Shown: one piece after another, positions 28,890-38,400 of the stretch
Position numbering within the stretch: the first letter of the stretch is position 1
Layout of the letters: the number at the start of each line of letters is the position of its first letter
Source: a virus
Taxonomy: Duplodnaviria; Caudoviricetes
Reading direction: 5' to 3' (one strand)
Length of the DNA stretch: 55,790 nt
IMG/VR virus record: IMGVR_UViG_3300028595_000016
Location: 1-55,790 of that record
Program-made: the position numbers and the translations under genes
The notes under the pieces: generated by a model
Told to the model about the DNA's origin: nothing
The model's database searches: none
The model's input: only the letters and a program-made list of their open reading frames with translations

Positions 28890-30681
28890 CGTGGGCCGAA
28901 TCGACGCCAGTCACGCCGGCCAGCACAATGGCACCGTGGACCACGTGAGCCAGCTCGGTTGGGTCCGCTTGTTCGTACACTTCGACCACACGCTCTTTGA
29001 GCGACTCGTAGTCGTCGGGCCCGTCATCGACGATGGCCAGGATTCGATCGATGTGAGGTTGAAGCGCCAGAGCCACTTCGCGCCCCAGATCGTCGACGAG
29101 CTTGTCGATGTAGACCTGATGAGGGTCTTCGGGACGGGAGCGGTCGACTGCATGGCGGATGTCATGGGCATGACCGACTAGCACGTGTCGGACGAAGTCC
29201 GCTACCGCCCGCGATGCGAGCTCGGTATTGGCCGACGCCTGGGTCCCGCTGGAACGGTCGTCTTCTTCCTCGTCACCTTCGTCGGTGGCGTCGCCATCGG
29301 CTCCGGGTTCGGAGCCTCCTCCTCCGGATCCGTCGTCTCCGGCTCCCTGCGCTTGCGATTGCCTCGCTTGCTCACGCTCTTGCTCAGCCTCCCCGAGTAG
29401 CCGTTCGGCATCCTCGACCAACGGGATCTCGAAAGCCTCGGCGAACCGGATGACATCCACGGGCACGCGAGCGCCTTGCAGATTCGTCAGGGCGCTGGAC
29501 GCATCGAGGAACGTCTTCGCCTTCGCCTGTCTGTCCTCCGGGATGCCCGTCTGCCACTGTGGCCATGGCGCGTCGTCATCATCCCATCCCTCGAAGTTGA
29601 GGCGCCCCCACGGCTTGATGATCTGCTCGCGGAGCAGCGTCGAGAGCGTCTCTGCGTCTCCGTCGAGGAAGTCCTGGCGGACGCGCATGTGAGCCTGCGC
29701 CGCGGCGTAGCTGCCGCCCTGTACCTCGGTGGTGAGGTTCTGCCCTAGCAGACAGATGTCCACCGCCAGATCGAGACGCTTCAGGAAGGCCTCGAACGAC
29801 TGCCAGCTCGTGTCTTTCGGCTCGTGGATGGCCATCTCAAAGCCATCGTCGGGGCTCCGCTGTGGGAGCTGAATGACGCCCGTCGAGCCCATCTTGCGGA
29901 TGTTCTCATAGAACGAGACGAGCTCGTCGTCGTTGGCCCCCGTGGGCTCTTTGATCGCGATGATGGGGAGTCCGTGCCGTTCGCAAAACCGCGCCCAGTC
30001 GCGCCACGTGAATTGACGCATGCGCCAGCCGAGACCTAGGGCACGGACGACACCGCCCATCCACGAACGCTCGCCACTGGGCTCGTATATCAGCCACTCG
30101 TGGCCCTGGATGACGTGTTGTGCGCCATTGTCATCGCTGGCGATGTACCGCCGCTCCGACCAATCAAAGTAGGTCGTGTGCGTTGGCCACACCGTCAGGC
30201 TCGGCAGCCACATCCGTGAGCCTCGCTTGCCCACTGGGCGCCAGTTAGGCCGACCGAAGGCGAAGCCAGTCAGAATGGCAGACCGCAGCAGTCCCTTCAT
30301 CGCCACTTCGGGAGCCATCTCCCACCAGTGACGGCGCAGCATCTCCACGTACCGCTCGGAGCGTGACTGATTGCCGTACTCGTTGGGAACGAGGTCGAAC
30401 CCGATCCCGCACTTGCCGAGCAACGCCGAGACCCTGGAGCTGATGTCGCCAGAGATTCGGTCATCGCGACCCATCGCGTCGATGAGCTGGCTCGAGACGG
30501 AGAAGTCGCCTTCCTCGTGCTGGTCAAGCGTGTCTCGCACCTGCTGGACGCTCCAACCCGAGTACGTCTCCACCTGCGGCGTCATGATGACATTGCGACC
30601 ACGCCGTGGCGCGGCTGGTGCGCTCGGTGTGGCAGCCGCACGGAACGGGCGCGTCAGGGTGGAGATGATGGTTTCGAGCAT
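28876..30681 (-). CDS. Portal protein (Mu gp29/DUF935)
   Basis: WARFCERHGLP and LLGQNLTTEVQGGSYAAAQAH motifs; directly after the terminase. Confidence 0.9.
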   Translation of the reverse strand: MLETIISTLTRPFRAAATPSAPAAPRRGRNVIMTPQVETYSGWSVQQVRDTLDQHEEGDFSVSSQLIDAMGRDDRISGDISSRVSALLGKCGIGFDLVPNEYGNQSRSERYVEMLRRHWWEMAPEVAMKGLLRSAILTGFAFGRPNWRPVGKRGSRMWLPSLTVWPTHTTYFDWSERRYIASDDNGAQHVIQGHEWLIYEPSGERSWMGGVVRALGLGWRMRQFTWRDWARFCERHGLPIIAIKEPTGANDDELVSFYENIRKMGSTGVIQLPQRSPDDGFEMAIHEPKDTSWQSFEAFLKRLDLAVDICLLGQNLTTEVQGGSYAAAQAHMRVRQDFLDGDAETLSTLLREQIIKPWGRLNFEGWDDDDAPWPQWQTGIPEDRQAKAKTFLDASSALTNLQGARVPVDVIRFAEAFEIPLVEDAERLLGEAEQEREQARQSQAQGAGDDGSGGGGSEPGADGDATDEGDEEEDDRSSGTQASANTELASRAVADFVRHVLVGHAHDIRHAVDRSRPEDPHQVYIDKLVDDLGREVALALQPHIDRILAIVDDGPDDYESLKERVVEVYEQADPTELAHVVHGAIVLAGVTGVDSAHDGEA

Positions 30682-30688
30682 TCGAGCG

Positions 30689-32170
30689 TCAAGAGTCGAA
30701 GATGTTGCTGAGGTCTTGCTTGGATGCCTTGGCACTGCCCGTCATGAGCGCATCATGCAGGGCGGCGAGTGCGTCCACGTCGTCGTCGTGAGGATCGGAA
30801 ACGCCAGTGAATCCGCACACGCAACGCACCATGTCGTCAACCCATGGTCCCCAGTTGGGCGATTGTCGACTGGGGAGAAGCACGCGACCATTGTTCCAGG
30901 TGCCACTCACCGGGAGCGCCCGGACGAACTTGTCAGCCACAGCTGGCTTCGCTGTGATGCCAGGAATCTGCAGCTGCATCGTCTGGGCTAGGCCCTTCTC
31001 GGTGCCGCTGAGGTACCACCAGACTGGGCACCGTTGCGGGCCGACGACGAGCGAGTTGACGGCTGCGGTGAACACTGTGGCCTCGCACTGCCGTCGGACG
31101 CCGTGGGTGATGTAGAGACGGTCCTTGTATCGGCGTCCCTTCAGCGCCACGGAGAAGTCCGCTCGGCTGCTGGCCGTGTAGGCCATGTCGAGTCCCACTG
31201 CCTCGCGATACCCTGGCAGGTCTGGCAGCTCGTCGTACCACGTTGGCTCGCCGAAGACAGCTCCGCCTCGGGGCCTAGGGCGCCCCATGTAGAGGCTTGC
31301 CCAGCTGTAGGCGTTGCCCCGAAACTGCTCTAGAAAGTCGAGTGGTCGATGCGCTGGCCAGAGCGCGTTTCCGAGCTGACGACCAACTGGGTCGGGCAGG
31401 GTCTCGCAGATGGCCTCGAGATTGATGTACCGCCAGCCGTCTGCGATGCACCTGCCGCTGAGATCGTCCTCGTGCCAGCGAGTGGCCATCACGATGATGC
31501 TCACGCCGGGATGGCAGCGAGTCTTGCCCACATCCGTGAGCCAGTTCCAAGCTCGTTCGCGGTACCTCGGCGACTCTGCCTCGGGTCTATCCTTGTGCGG
31601 ATCATCGACGATCAGGCAGCCATCGATCGGGTAGCCAGTGAGTGAGCCGCCGACAGACGTAAACCGAACCTGTGACCGGTTGCGCGTCCACCACTTGCGG
31701 ACGCTGCCGCCCGGTGAAAGCCACCCAGCGTTTTCTGCGAGGTCCTTTGCGCTGCGAGCGACCTCGTCTGACCTGTCCTGGTTGTAGGTGGCGTAGGCGT
31801 ATGATCTCCGTCCGCCGAGCATCATCATGCGAAGCAGACCGGCTTTGGTCAGCTCCGTCTTGCCATGCTGCGGCGGCGCCGCGACCACGACACGCTGTCC
31901 GGTGCCGATCGCCGTGTCGAGAACGTCCGCGTATGGCTGCAGGTGATACGGCGGCTCAAGATGACTGCTGAGGGCCGCTACCAGCTCCACCGACGGCAGG
32001 GACGGGTCGCAGGCGTGGGCCAGCGTCATTGCCTGCTCCCGTCGCCTCCTCACGTCCTCGGCCAGCTTGCGCATGGCCATGGCTTGTCGGAGTGTCGTCA
32101 GGGGCGAAGCCGGCACTGATTGCCTTCTCTGAAACGGCGACGCTGCGATGATTGTTGAGCAGCTCGCCAA
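30689..32170 (-). CDS. terL: Terminase large subunit (true start probably near 32080 or 32028)
   Basis: PPQHGKT Walker A, IVDDPHK Walker B, ATRWHEDDL, GLDMA and HDDDVDA nuclease motifs. Confidence 0.92.
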   Translation of the reverse strand: MASCSTIIAASPFQRRQSVPASPLTTLRQAMAMRKLAEDVRRRREQAMTLAHACDPSLPSVELVAALSSHLEPPYHLQPYADVLDTAIGTGQRVVVAAPPQHGKTELTKAGLLRMMMLGGRRSYAYATYNQDRSDEVARSAKDLAENAGWLSPGGSVRKWWTRNRSQVRFTSVGGSLTGYPIDGCLIVDDPHKDRPEAESPRYRERAWNWLTDVGKTRCHPGVSIIVMATRWHEDDLSGRCIADGWRYINLEAICETLPDPVGRQLGNALWPAHRPLDFLEQFRGNAYSWASLYMGRPRPRGGAVFGEPTWYDELPDLPGYREAVGLDMAYTASSRADFSVALKGRRYKDRLYITHGVRRQCEATVFTAAVNSLVVGPQRCPVWWYLSGTEKGLAQTMQLQIPGITAKPAVADKFVRALPVSGTWNNGRVLLPSRQSPNWGPWVDDMVRCVCGFTGVSDPHDDDVDALAALHDALMTGSAKASKQDLSNIFDS

Positions 32171-32519
32171 TGATCTTGATGGCCCCTGCAGCTTGGTGAA
32201 GCTGCTCTGGTCCGGCCTGCATCACTAGGCCCTTCAGGTGCGCCACGGAGCTCCGCAGGAAGTCGATCGCAACGTCCACCCACTCAGCCGCGAGCACCGT
32301 TTTTTTCGATTCGACAAGTGCGGCGAACTCCTCGTCTTCCGCCACCCTCTCGCGGTACCTGAAGAGCGTTCGTGCGCTGATCCCGAAGCGTTTTGTGATG
32401 TTTTCGTCGGTGTCATAGCATGACATCGCGACGGCCTGAGCTTGCTGCTCGAGCGACAATCGGGAGCCCATCACGCTCCCCGCCGGGTGTGCCTTTCGGC
32501 GATTCTTGGCAGCAGCCAT
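31956..32519 (-). CDS. Terminase small subunit-like HTH protein
   Basis: HTH ITKRFGISARTLFRYR; directly upstream of and overlapping TerL. Confidence 0.6.
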   Translation of the reverse strand: MAAAKNRRKAHPAGSVMGSRLSLEQQAQAVAMSCYDTDENITKRFGISARTLFRYRERVAEDEEFAALVESKKTVLAAEWVDVAIDFLRSSVAHLKGLVMQAGPEQLHQAAGAIKIIGELLNNHRSVAVSEKAISAGFAPDDTPTSHGHAQAGRGREEATGAGNDAGPRLRPVPAVGGAGSGPQQSS

Positions 32520-32521
32520 CT

Positions 32522-32779
32522 CTAGTCTAGAAACTCCAGCCTCAGCTGGACCCGCCTGTCGCCGCATCGGGGGCATGGCGATGTCGAGTGATACGTCCAG
32601 CGCTTCGGGTCTCCAGGAGCGCGCCCCATGTCGTCGGTGAGATACGGCTCGACGTTGCGCGTCAGCTTCGGCTCGCGGCGAGTGCCGCATGCCGGGCAGA
32701 TGACGAGTACTCGAGCGGTCACCGGGCGAGAGCGTAGCAGCAGAGAGAGCGACGCGCCCCCGGAGCAACGATGGCGCAC
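32522..32779 (-). CDS. Small zinc-ribbon protein
   Basis: CPAC and CPRC pairs; start uncertain. Confidence 0.5.
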   Translation of the reverse strand: MRHRCSGGASLSLLLRSRPVTARVLVICPACGTRREPKLTRNVEPYLTDDMGRAPGDPKRWTYHSTSPCPRCGDRRVQLRLEFLD

Positions 32780-32872
32780 ATTGACGCCGGGGGCGCTCGC
32801 GAAGCTGCCGAGGCCTACCCCTGGGCCCCTACCCTTTAGGACAGGTGGTGTCCAGAATGGTCCAAAGTGGCA

Positions 32873-33289
32873 CTAGCCAGAGCCGCACCGAGACAGCTTT
32901 GCATGGCCCGAGCACGCATCAAAACGGCTGCGCTGCTGTTTTTTTGCAGTCACCCGTCGATTTGTGCTCAACCGACGCGAAGCGAACGACCGAAGCATCT
33001 CCAGCCGTCGCTCGAGCGCTTCGACTCGGCACGCGAGGTCGGCCGCGGTCTCGTCGAGAGAGACCACGTCCACCTCGGTCACACGCGCCAGCGCGTCGAT
33101 GTTGACCTCGAAGTTCCGTTTCCTGCGGCGGAGAATGCCACCGCCGATCTGCTGGTCCAGTATCACGAGCCGGCGCCGCATCCTTCTGACGTTGGTGCCG
33201 GACTTCTCGGCAGCCTCGCCCATCGACACCCATCGATCGAGCAGACCTTCCTCGCGCCTTCTGCCCAGCCGCTTGCGGTCGTCATCCAC
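32873..33289 (-). CDS. HTH DNA-binding protein
   Basis: WVSMGEAAEKSGTNVRRMRRRL MerR/excisionase-like HTH. Confidence 0.55.
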   Translation of the reverse strand: MDDDRKRLGRRREEGLLDRWVSMGEAAEKSGTNVRRMRRRLVILDQQIGGGILRRRKRNFEVNIDALARVTEVDVVSLDETAADLACRVEALERRLEMLRSFASRRLSTNRRVTAKKQQRSRFDACSGHAKLSRCGSG

Positions 33290-33974
33290 AGGCCACCTCC
33301 GACCAGTCCGGGTCCAGCGACTCGTGGCTGAGCCAGTAGCTCTCGTGAGCCTGCCAGGCGAGCGACATGGCTCGTTTCTCTAGCCGCTCGACCTCCGGGG
33401 CCTTCCCGCGAGCGCACGCTTGAATGGCCGACTGAAGGCCGCCATCCTGTGCTGCCAGTAGCAGGGCGACTCCAGCTAGCTCCCCTAGCCTGCCCTCGAC
33501 CCCCGGTGGCCATCGGGACCATGTTCCTTCGCTGGCTGGAGCCGCTTGCGTTTTTGGGTCTCGGCCTTCGCGGGCGTCCGCGTCGAATACCTCGAGCACC
33601 TCACCGGGTGACGGGGCCCACTCCAGCAAAGTGAGCCTGCTCTCCACCTTGGGCGGATGGGCGCGAGACGGGCGCCACTGTGGACGAGCGGCAGCGTAGT
33701 GAGCAAATAGCACGAGCCGAGCCCACCGCGGGGTCCCTGACCAAGCACGAGAGATGCGCCGCTCCCTGGCGGCGCAGTGCACCATCCGATCATCGTAGGG
33801 GTCGCTTGGGTAGCCTCGCGTCGGGAGGCACCCGAGTTCCAAAACACTCAGCTGCGGGCCGAGCGATGATCGAATGCCGAGGCTCGCCTCCCTGGCTGTT
33901 AGCCACCATTGCAGGTCGGACGAATGTGGAGGACGGTTTTTGTTGCGTGCTGCTCTTGCTCTTTTCTGCGCCAC
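33282..33974 (-). CDS. Hypothetical protein (possible late-gene regulator)
   Basis: Sits at the end of the replication operon, before the packaging genes. Confidence 0.45.
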   Translation of the reverse strand: MAQKRARAARNKNRPPHSSDLQWWLTAREASLGIRSSLGPQLSVLELGCLPTRGYPSDPYDDRMVHCAARERRISRAWSGTPRWARLVLFAHYAAARPQWRPSRAHPPKVESRLTLLEWAPSPGEVLEVFDADAREGRDPKTQAAPASEGTWSRWPPGVEGRLGELAGVALLLAAQDGGLQSAIQACARGKAPEVERLEKRAMSLAWQAHESYWLSHESLDPDWSEVACG

Positions 33975-34059
33975 GTTGCATGCTCCTCACCTCATCGTTC
34001 TTCGTCGTTCCGTCCCTCGATAGAGCCCGTCGCCCTTGCCAGCGACGGGCTCTTCGTTT

Positions 34060-34401
34060 TCATGCGCGGCGCTCGAGCGCCTGAATCTGCTCCGTGAGCC
34101 ACCGGGTGAAGGCACCTACGGTGCCGAGGTAGACCCACTGGGCGCGAGCCTGATGCAGCGCATGCAGCATGGCTCTCGTCTCAATCTGCGAGACACTAGG
34201 CTCCGGCTTTGCGTCAGGCTTGCTAGCGGCCTTTCGAGCTGCCTTTTGTGCCTTGCGTGACTCGTGAGATCGGGCCATACCAGCTTTTCTCTTGCGCATG
34301 GCTTCGGCGCACCGCTCGCACGGCTTAGTTTCGCCGTGGGCCGAGCACAAGCCTGCTGCCCTTCGTTCGCGCTGCAAGGCTAGCAAGTCACTACGGCTCA
34401 C
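34060..34401 (-). CDS. Hypothetical protein with Cys/His zinc motif
   Basis: GLCSAHG...CERC; coupled start. Confidence 0.5.
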   Translation of the reverse strand: MSRSDLLALQRERRAAGLCSAHGETKPCERCAEAMRKRKAGMARSHESRKAQKAARKAASKPDAKPEPSVSQIETRAMLHALHQARAQWVYLGTVGAFTRWLTEQIQALERRA

Positions 34402-35330
34402 AGTGTCTTGCCTCCGTGTCGATGCGGCCGAGTGCGATTGTAGGCCATCTTCCGATTGATGGCGCCTTCAAGGTCGAGTTCAAGTGCGCCACACAAGTCG
34501 GCGATGCGGATGACAGCGTCCGCCATCTCGACGACCATCCCTTCCGGCTTTCCGTTGACGGTTTCCTCGTCAAGTTCGTTGACCCTGACGCATTCGAGAG
34601 CTTCCGACACCTCCGAGTGAATCAGCGCAATCTTCGCTCCGAGCGAGTCTGGCCCGGTGTCGAGTGTCTCACCCCACCAGCCTTTCTCACACGAGACCTC
34701 GTGAGCAAGGCGCACCAGGTCGGAGATAGTGGCGCACTGCTCTGGCTCCACGGTCTTTGCGCTGCGCAACGCTTCCAGGTTGTGCGTCACGTTGATGTCG
34801 ACAGGGATCTTGCCGCTTGCGTAACCACTGGAGCCAGTCACGTCGCACTGCCAGATTGCGCACGGCAAAGATGGCTCTTCCACACCCCACTGTGCCAGCC
34901 ATAGGTGAGATGCGTATGGCCGCTTTCTCCACACGCCGAGCCTCTCGAGATCGATCATGTTGCTGTAGACGAGACAGCTTGGCCACTCGTCTAGCCACCG
35001 ACCCACGAGATCACTGATTCGCTCCCAGTCCGGCGAGCCGTCGTATCGCATGTTGCTTTCCACGTCGAGCGCCGGACGGAGGTCAGGCTTCAGCGCGTCC
35101 GACACCCTGCGAAATGCTTCGATCTGAGCCTCGATGTCCTGGCCCTGCCGCAAGAAGTGATACAGCCCGAATGGCACGCTGGCGCCGCGAAACGCCTTCG
35201 CAAATCCCTCGGATTCTGCGTCTGGACGCACGCCATAGGTGGCGCGAACGTAGGCGAAGTCGTAGAGAGCGGCGTTCAGCTGACTGACATCCTGATGGTG
35301 CGATACATCGATTCCAGTATACTTTCTCAT
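34398..35330 (-). CDS. GH25 muramidase fused to MazG-like NTP pyrophosphohydrolase
   Basis: GIDVSHHQ, GLYHF, ALDVE, LWLAQW and VDIN (GH25); ALIHSEVSEALE, EMADAVIRI and KMAYNRTR (MazG); AGGAG RBS. Confidence 0.8.
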   Translation of the reverse strand: MRKYTGIDVSHHQDVSQLNAALYDFAYVRATYGVRPDAESEGFAKAFRGASVPFGLYHFLRQGQDIEAQIEAFRRVSDALKPDLRPALDVESNMRYDGSPDWERISDLVGRWLDEWPSCLVYSNMIDLERLGVWRKRPYASHLWLAQWGVEEPSLPCAIWQCDVTGSSGYASGKIPVDINVTHNLEALRSAKTVEPEQCATISDLVRLAHEVSCEKGWWGETLDTGPDSLGAKIALIHSEVSEALECVRVNELDEETVNGKPEGMVVEMADAVIRIADLCGALELDLEGAINRKMAYNRTRPHRHGGKTL

Positions 35331-35376
35331 GGTTTCTCTCCTAATCGCCGCCAAAGAGCACCGGCAGCTGTAATGG

Positions 35377-35766
35377 TCAGGTATCATGCTCTTCAAACTT
35401 CTCTGTAAGGCTGGCAGTCGTTTGCTCGATCATGTGGTCAATGCGCTGTCTTTCCACGTTCAGCAGGTCAGCGATGCGCTGAGTCGTGTTCTCTCCGTCG
35501 CCCGCCACGTCGAGAGCGCATGTCTCCTGCATCTCGTCAAGCGAGAGATCAGGGAAATTGAACTTGATGCCGCCCGCGCGTGTCACATCGATTGCAAGGT
35601 GATACCGGCACGACACGAACGGGCACGGCCGCTCTGTCGGGCACTCCGACCTCTTTGTCGGGCGGTCGTATGGCTCGATCTCGGCGTTCTGCACCCGCAG
35701 CTCCCGCAGTACTCTGGGCACGCTGTGAGCTTTCGGGTACCGAATGACTTTCCACCTGCTCACCAC
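35377..35766 (-). CDS. Cys-rich sigma70 region 4-like HTH protein
   Basis: RPCPFVSCRYHL...ETCALDVA...IADLLNVERQRI. Confidence 0.65.
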   Translation of the reverse strand: MVSRWKVIRYPKAHSVPRVLRELRVQNAEIEPYDRPTKRSECPTERPCPFVSCRYHLAIDVTRAGGIKFNFPDLSLDEMQETCALDVAGDGENTTQRIADLLNVERQRIDHMIEQTTASLTEKFEEHDT

Positions 35767-37163
35767 CTGCCTCCGTCTTCTCCGATGTCCTGGATTCCAG
35801 TCGGAATCTCCCGCTCGTCCAGTGACATGAATCGCGTAGACGGGCCGTCAAACAGCATCGGCACCATGCCAAGCTGGCCGTACTGACGGACCTTGCGAAT
35901 CAGCAACTCCGCTTCCCCTGTGTGCTTGTCGGAATCGCGATACATGTCCTCGCGGTAAAGCATCAGAACGCCAAAGCTGTCTTGCTCGATGCTGCCGCTG
36001 TCACGAAGGTGCTTTAGTGTCGGACGCTTGTCGGGCTCGGACTCGACTGACCGGTTGAGCTGAGCCAGCTCGAGCACCACGCAATCAAGCTCCTTTGCGA
36101 GTTCACGGTCGCCGTTCGACAGGCTTCTAATCTCTCCCTCACGATTGGTGTCTCGCGGGCCAGTCATGATGTGGATGTGGTCCACGACGACCATCGCCAG
36201 CTCGATTCTTGGGTCTCGACGGCGAAGCCGTGACAGCGCTCGGCGGACAGCCCGTCGGACGCTTGCCGTTGTTTGCTGACCAGCCTCGTCTATGGCGAGC
36301 GGTAGCCCGCGGAGCAGCCCCATGGCGCGGTCCACGTCGTGGCGCTGGCGCGGGTCCAGCTTCCCCGACTCGAGCAACCGGCAATCGACTCCTGCCCGCT
36401 GCGCCACGGCTCGTGCGATGAAGTCCGCTCTCGGCTGCTCCAGCGAGACGAATACGACCCCCTGCGGCGTCCCGCGGTAGCTGGACTCGGCAACGTTGAG
36501 ACCGCAGCTGATGGCCCAACCCGTCTTGCCTACGCCGGGGCGAGCGGCGAGAGTGTATTTTTGCCCGCGACGCAGTCCTCCGCCGAGCTTTCGGTCCAGC
36601 TCCGGGAAGCGGGTTGGGACAACGTGGTCAGAAACTTCCTCCGGGTGGTCCAGTCTGGTCTGCACCTCGTCGAGCATCTCGTCGAGCGTCCAGATGGTCT
36701 CGCTCTGCTCCGCTCCCGAGGTCGCTTCCCAGATTCGTGCCTCGGCGCATGAGCGCCACTCAGAGACGTTTTCGGGTGCCGCTAGGGCCTCGGCCCGGAC
36801 TCGGCCGCAAACGTCCGCTATGCGGCGGAGAGACGCCTTCTCGGCCACCCTGCGGGCATGCTCGGCGAGATGGCCGACCGTCGGCGTCTGGTCGACCAAA
36901 TCGACGATCCCAGCGATTCCACCCACGGCGGACAGGTGACCGTGGTCCCGCAGGTAGCCGGCAACGGATGTCACATCGAGCGCGTGACACCCTGCGTCGA
37001 GGGTCACGAGAGCGTCCCAGATGCGACGATGCGAGTCCGAGTAGAAGTCCCTGGATCCGACGATGGTCGCCACTTCGCCGAGTGTTTCCTGGCCATCGAG
37101 GAGCGCCGCAGCGACGAGGATCTGCTCGGCGTCGAGGTCGTGGGGCGGGAGCTGGGCGCTCAC
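35760..37163 (-). CDS. dnaB: Replicative DNA helicase
   Basis: PPHDLDAEQ, AARPGVGKT, VVVDHI, AQLNR, LRDSGSIEQD and RKVRQYG motifs. Confidence 0.95.
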   Translation of the reverse strand: MSAQLPPHDLDAEQILVAAALLDGQETLGEVATIVGSRDFYSDSHRRIWDALVTLDAGCHALDVTSVAGYLRDHGHLSAVGGIAGIVDLVDQTPTVGHLAEHARRVAEKASLRRIADVCGRVRAEALAAPENVSEWRSCAEARIWEATSGAEQSETIWTLDEMLDEVQTRLDHPEEVSDHVVPTRFPELDRKLGGGLRRGQKYTLAARPGVGKTGWAISCGLNVAESSYRGTPQGVVFVSLEQPRADFIARAVAQRAGVDCRLLESGKLDPRQRHDVDRAMGLLRGLPLAIDEAGQQTTASVRRAVRRALSRLRRRDPRIELAMVVVDHIHIMTGPRDTNREGEIRSLSNGDRELAKELDCVVLELAQLNRSVESEPDKRPTLKHLRDSGSIEQDSFGVLMLYREDMYRDSDKHTGEAELLIRKVRQYGQLGMVPMLFDGPSTRFMSLDEREIPTGIQDIGEDGGRW

Positions 37164-38221
37164 CGGGCACCTCCGCCAGCTGCAGCGAACGCCTCGAGTT
37201 CCTGGCGCCTGCGGTCGGTGTCAGCGGCGATGAGCGCACGGTTGCGCGCTTGGCGCCGTTTCAGGGCTTCGGCGGTTTCTGCTTCATCCGGGTGTGGCTT
37301 CGTCGGACGCCTCGATGGGTGCTGCCAGTCGCCGCAGATGGCCGACGAGAGCGCCTTGCGCCAATTCACGAGGCTTCGCGTGTCGGACTGGTCGGCCTGA
37401 TGCTTGGCCACGAATTTCGTCGTCAGTGCGTCGACAGCCCATTGCTCGAGCCCCGGGAGGCTCGTCTGGAGCGTAGCAGCCTGGTCGCTGGTGAGCCGGA
37501 GGTCGGCAGGGCACGGGACCTTGGTCGTGGACGGCGCGACAGGCTCGGAATGTGGTGTGACCTGTTGCTCGCCCTTGCCGCTGCTGCTGCCGACGGCGTC
37601 GCTCGCGCGCGCGACTGCTGCGGCAGCAGCAGTATTTCTCTTCTCTTCTCTTCTTTTCTTTTCTAGCGGACTTTCCGCGGAATGGCCGCGGACTGTCCGC
37701 GGACTGTCCGCGGACGTGTCCAGGTCAACTTGCTCGGTGCCGGCGGCAGCACGAGCCTTTTCAGATGCGCGCCGTTTAGCCTTTCTTTCCGCGTCTTTCG
37801 TGCGAGATCGCTGCGCTTCGACGAAGTTGGTGATCCAGATTCTTCCAGTCTCAGTGTCAAGCGAGAGGTAGCCGTCGGCCAGAAGGAACTGGATTCCGAC
37901 CCTGGTCATCTCGCGCTCGAAGTCGGCCGGCGCGAGCACGTCCACGAGTGCGTCCACGACTCGTCCGGACGTTGTCCGGACGTTGTCCGCTCCTGTCCGG
38001 GACGTGTCCGGGTTTGTCCGCGGACGTGTCCGCGGACTGTCCGCGGACGTGTCCAGGGACGAAACCATCTCATGTCCAGAGTGGACCCGCAGCAGCGTCC
38101 CGTCGTCTTCGGCCAGAACGAGCAGGTAGTACCGCAGCCCTCGGACGTGGACGGGAGCGCTCTTGTTCGTGAGAGACTCTTTCTTGTAGGCCTTGACCCA
38201 TCCCTCTCGCTGGAAATTCAT
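37160..38221 (-). CDS. Replication initiator (lambda O-like layout)
   Basis: Upstream of dnaB; contains internal iterons and an EKKRREEKR purine tract. Confidence 0.65.
   Translation of the reverse strand: MNFQREGWVKAYKKESLTNKSAPVHVRGLRYYLLVLAEDDGTLLRVHSGHEMVSSLDTSADSPRTRPRTNPDTSRTGADNVRTTSGRVVDALVDVLAPADFEREMTRVGIQFLLADGYLSLDTETGRIWITNFVEAQRSRTKDAERKAKRRASEKARAAAGTEQVDLDTSADSPRTVRGHSAESPLEKKRREEKRNTAAAAAVARASDAVGSSSGKGEQQVTPHSEPVAPSTTKVPCPADLRLTSDQAATLQTSLPGLEQWAVDALTTKFVAKHQADQSDTRSLVNWRKALSSAICGDWQHPSRRPTKPHPDEAETAEALKRRQARNRALIAADTDRRRQELEAFAAAGGGAR
37631..38054. repeat. Putative replication origin: GTCCGCGGAC iteron clusters plus pyrimidine/AT-rich tract
   Basis: Palindrome at 37695, 37706, 38016, 38028 and 38039, with variants at 11-12 bp spacing; TTCTC tract at 37635-37664. 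Confidence 0.7.
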
Positions 38222-38400
38222 GGGTTCCCTTCCAGCGGCTCGTTCACTGCGTCTTGCCGAGGCTCGAAGTCCGCGCAGAAGAACGTCGCGTCAGTCACGC
38301 GGTGGTCTAGCCTTGCGCACTCGCCCAGTTGCTGGTCGATTGGAAGCCGCGCGCTTGACTTCGTCGCCGTCCAGTGTTGGCAGTGGTAGCACCTCATCAT
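38218..38400 (-). CDS. Small Cys-rich protein
   Basis: CYHCQHW...GEC...FCADF; overlaps both neighbours. Confidence 0.55.
   Translation of the reverse strand: MMRCYHCQHWTATKSSARLPIDQQLGECARLDHRVTDATFFCADFEPRQDAVNEPLEGNP

Noticed and set aside
37665-37675. Array spacer CCGGACTTT targeting the origin sequence GCGGACTTT
   Set aside because: An 8/9 match is expected by chance in 55 kb, and the partner spacer does not match next to it; self-targeting could not be established by eye
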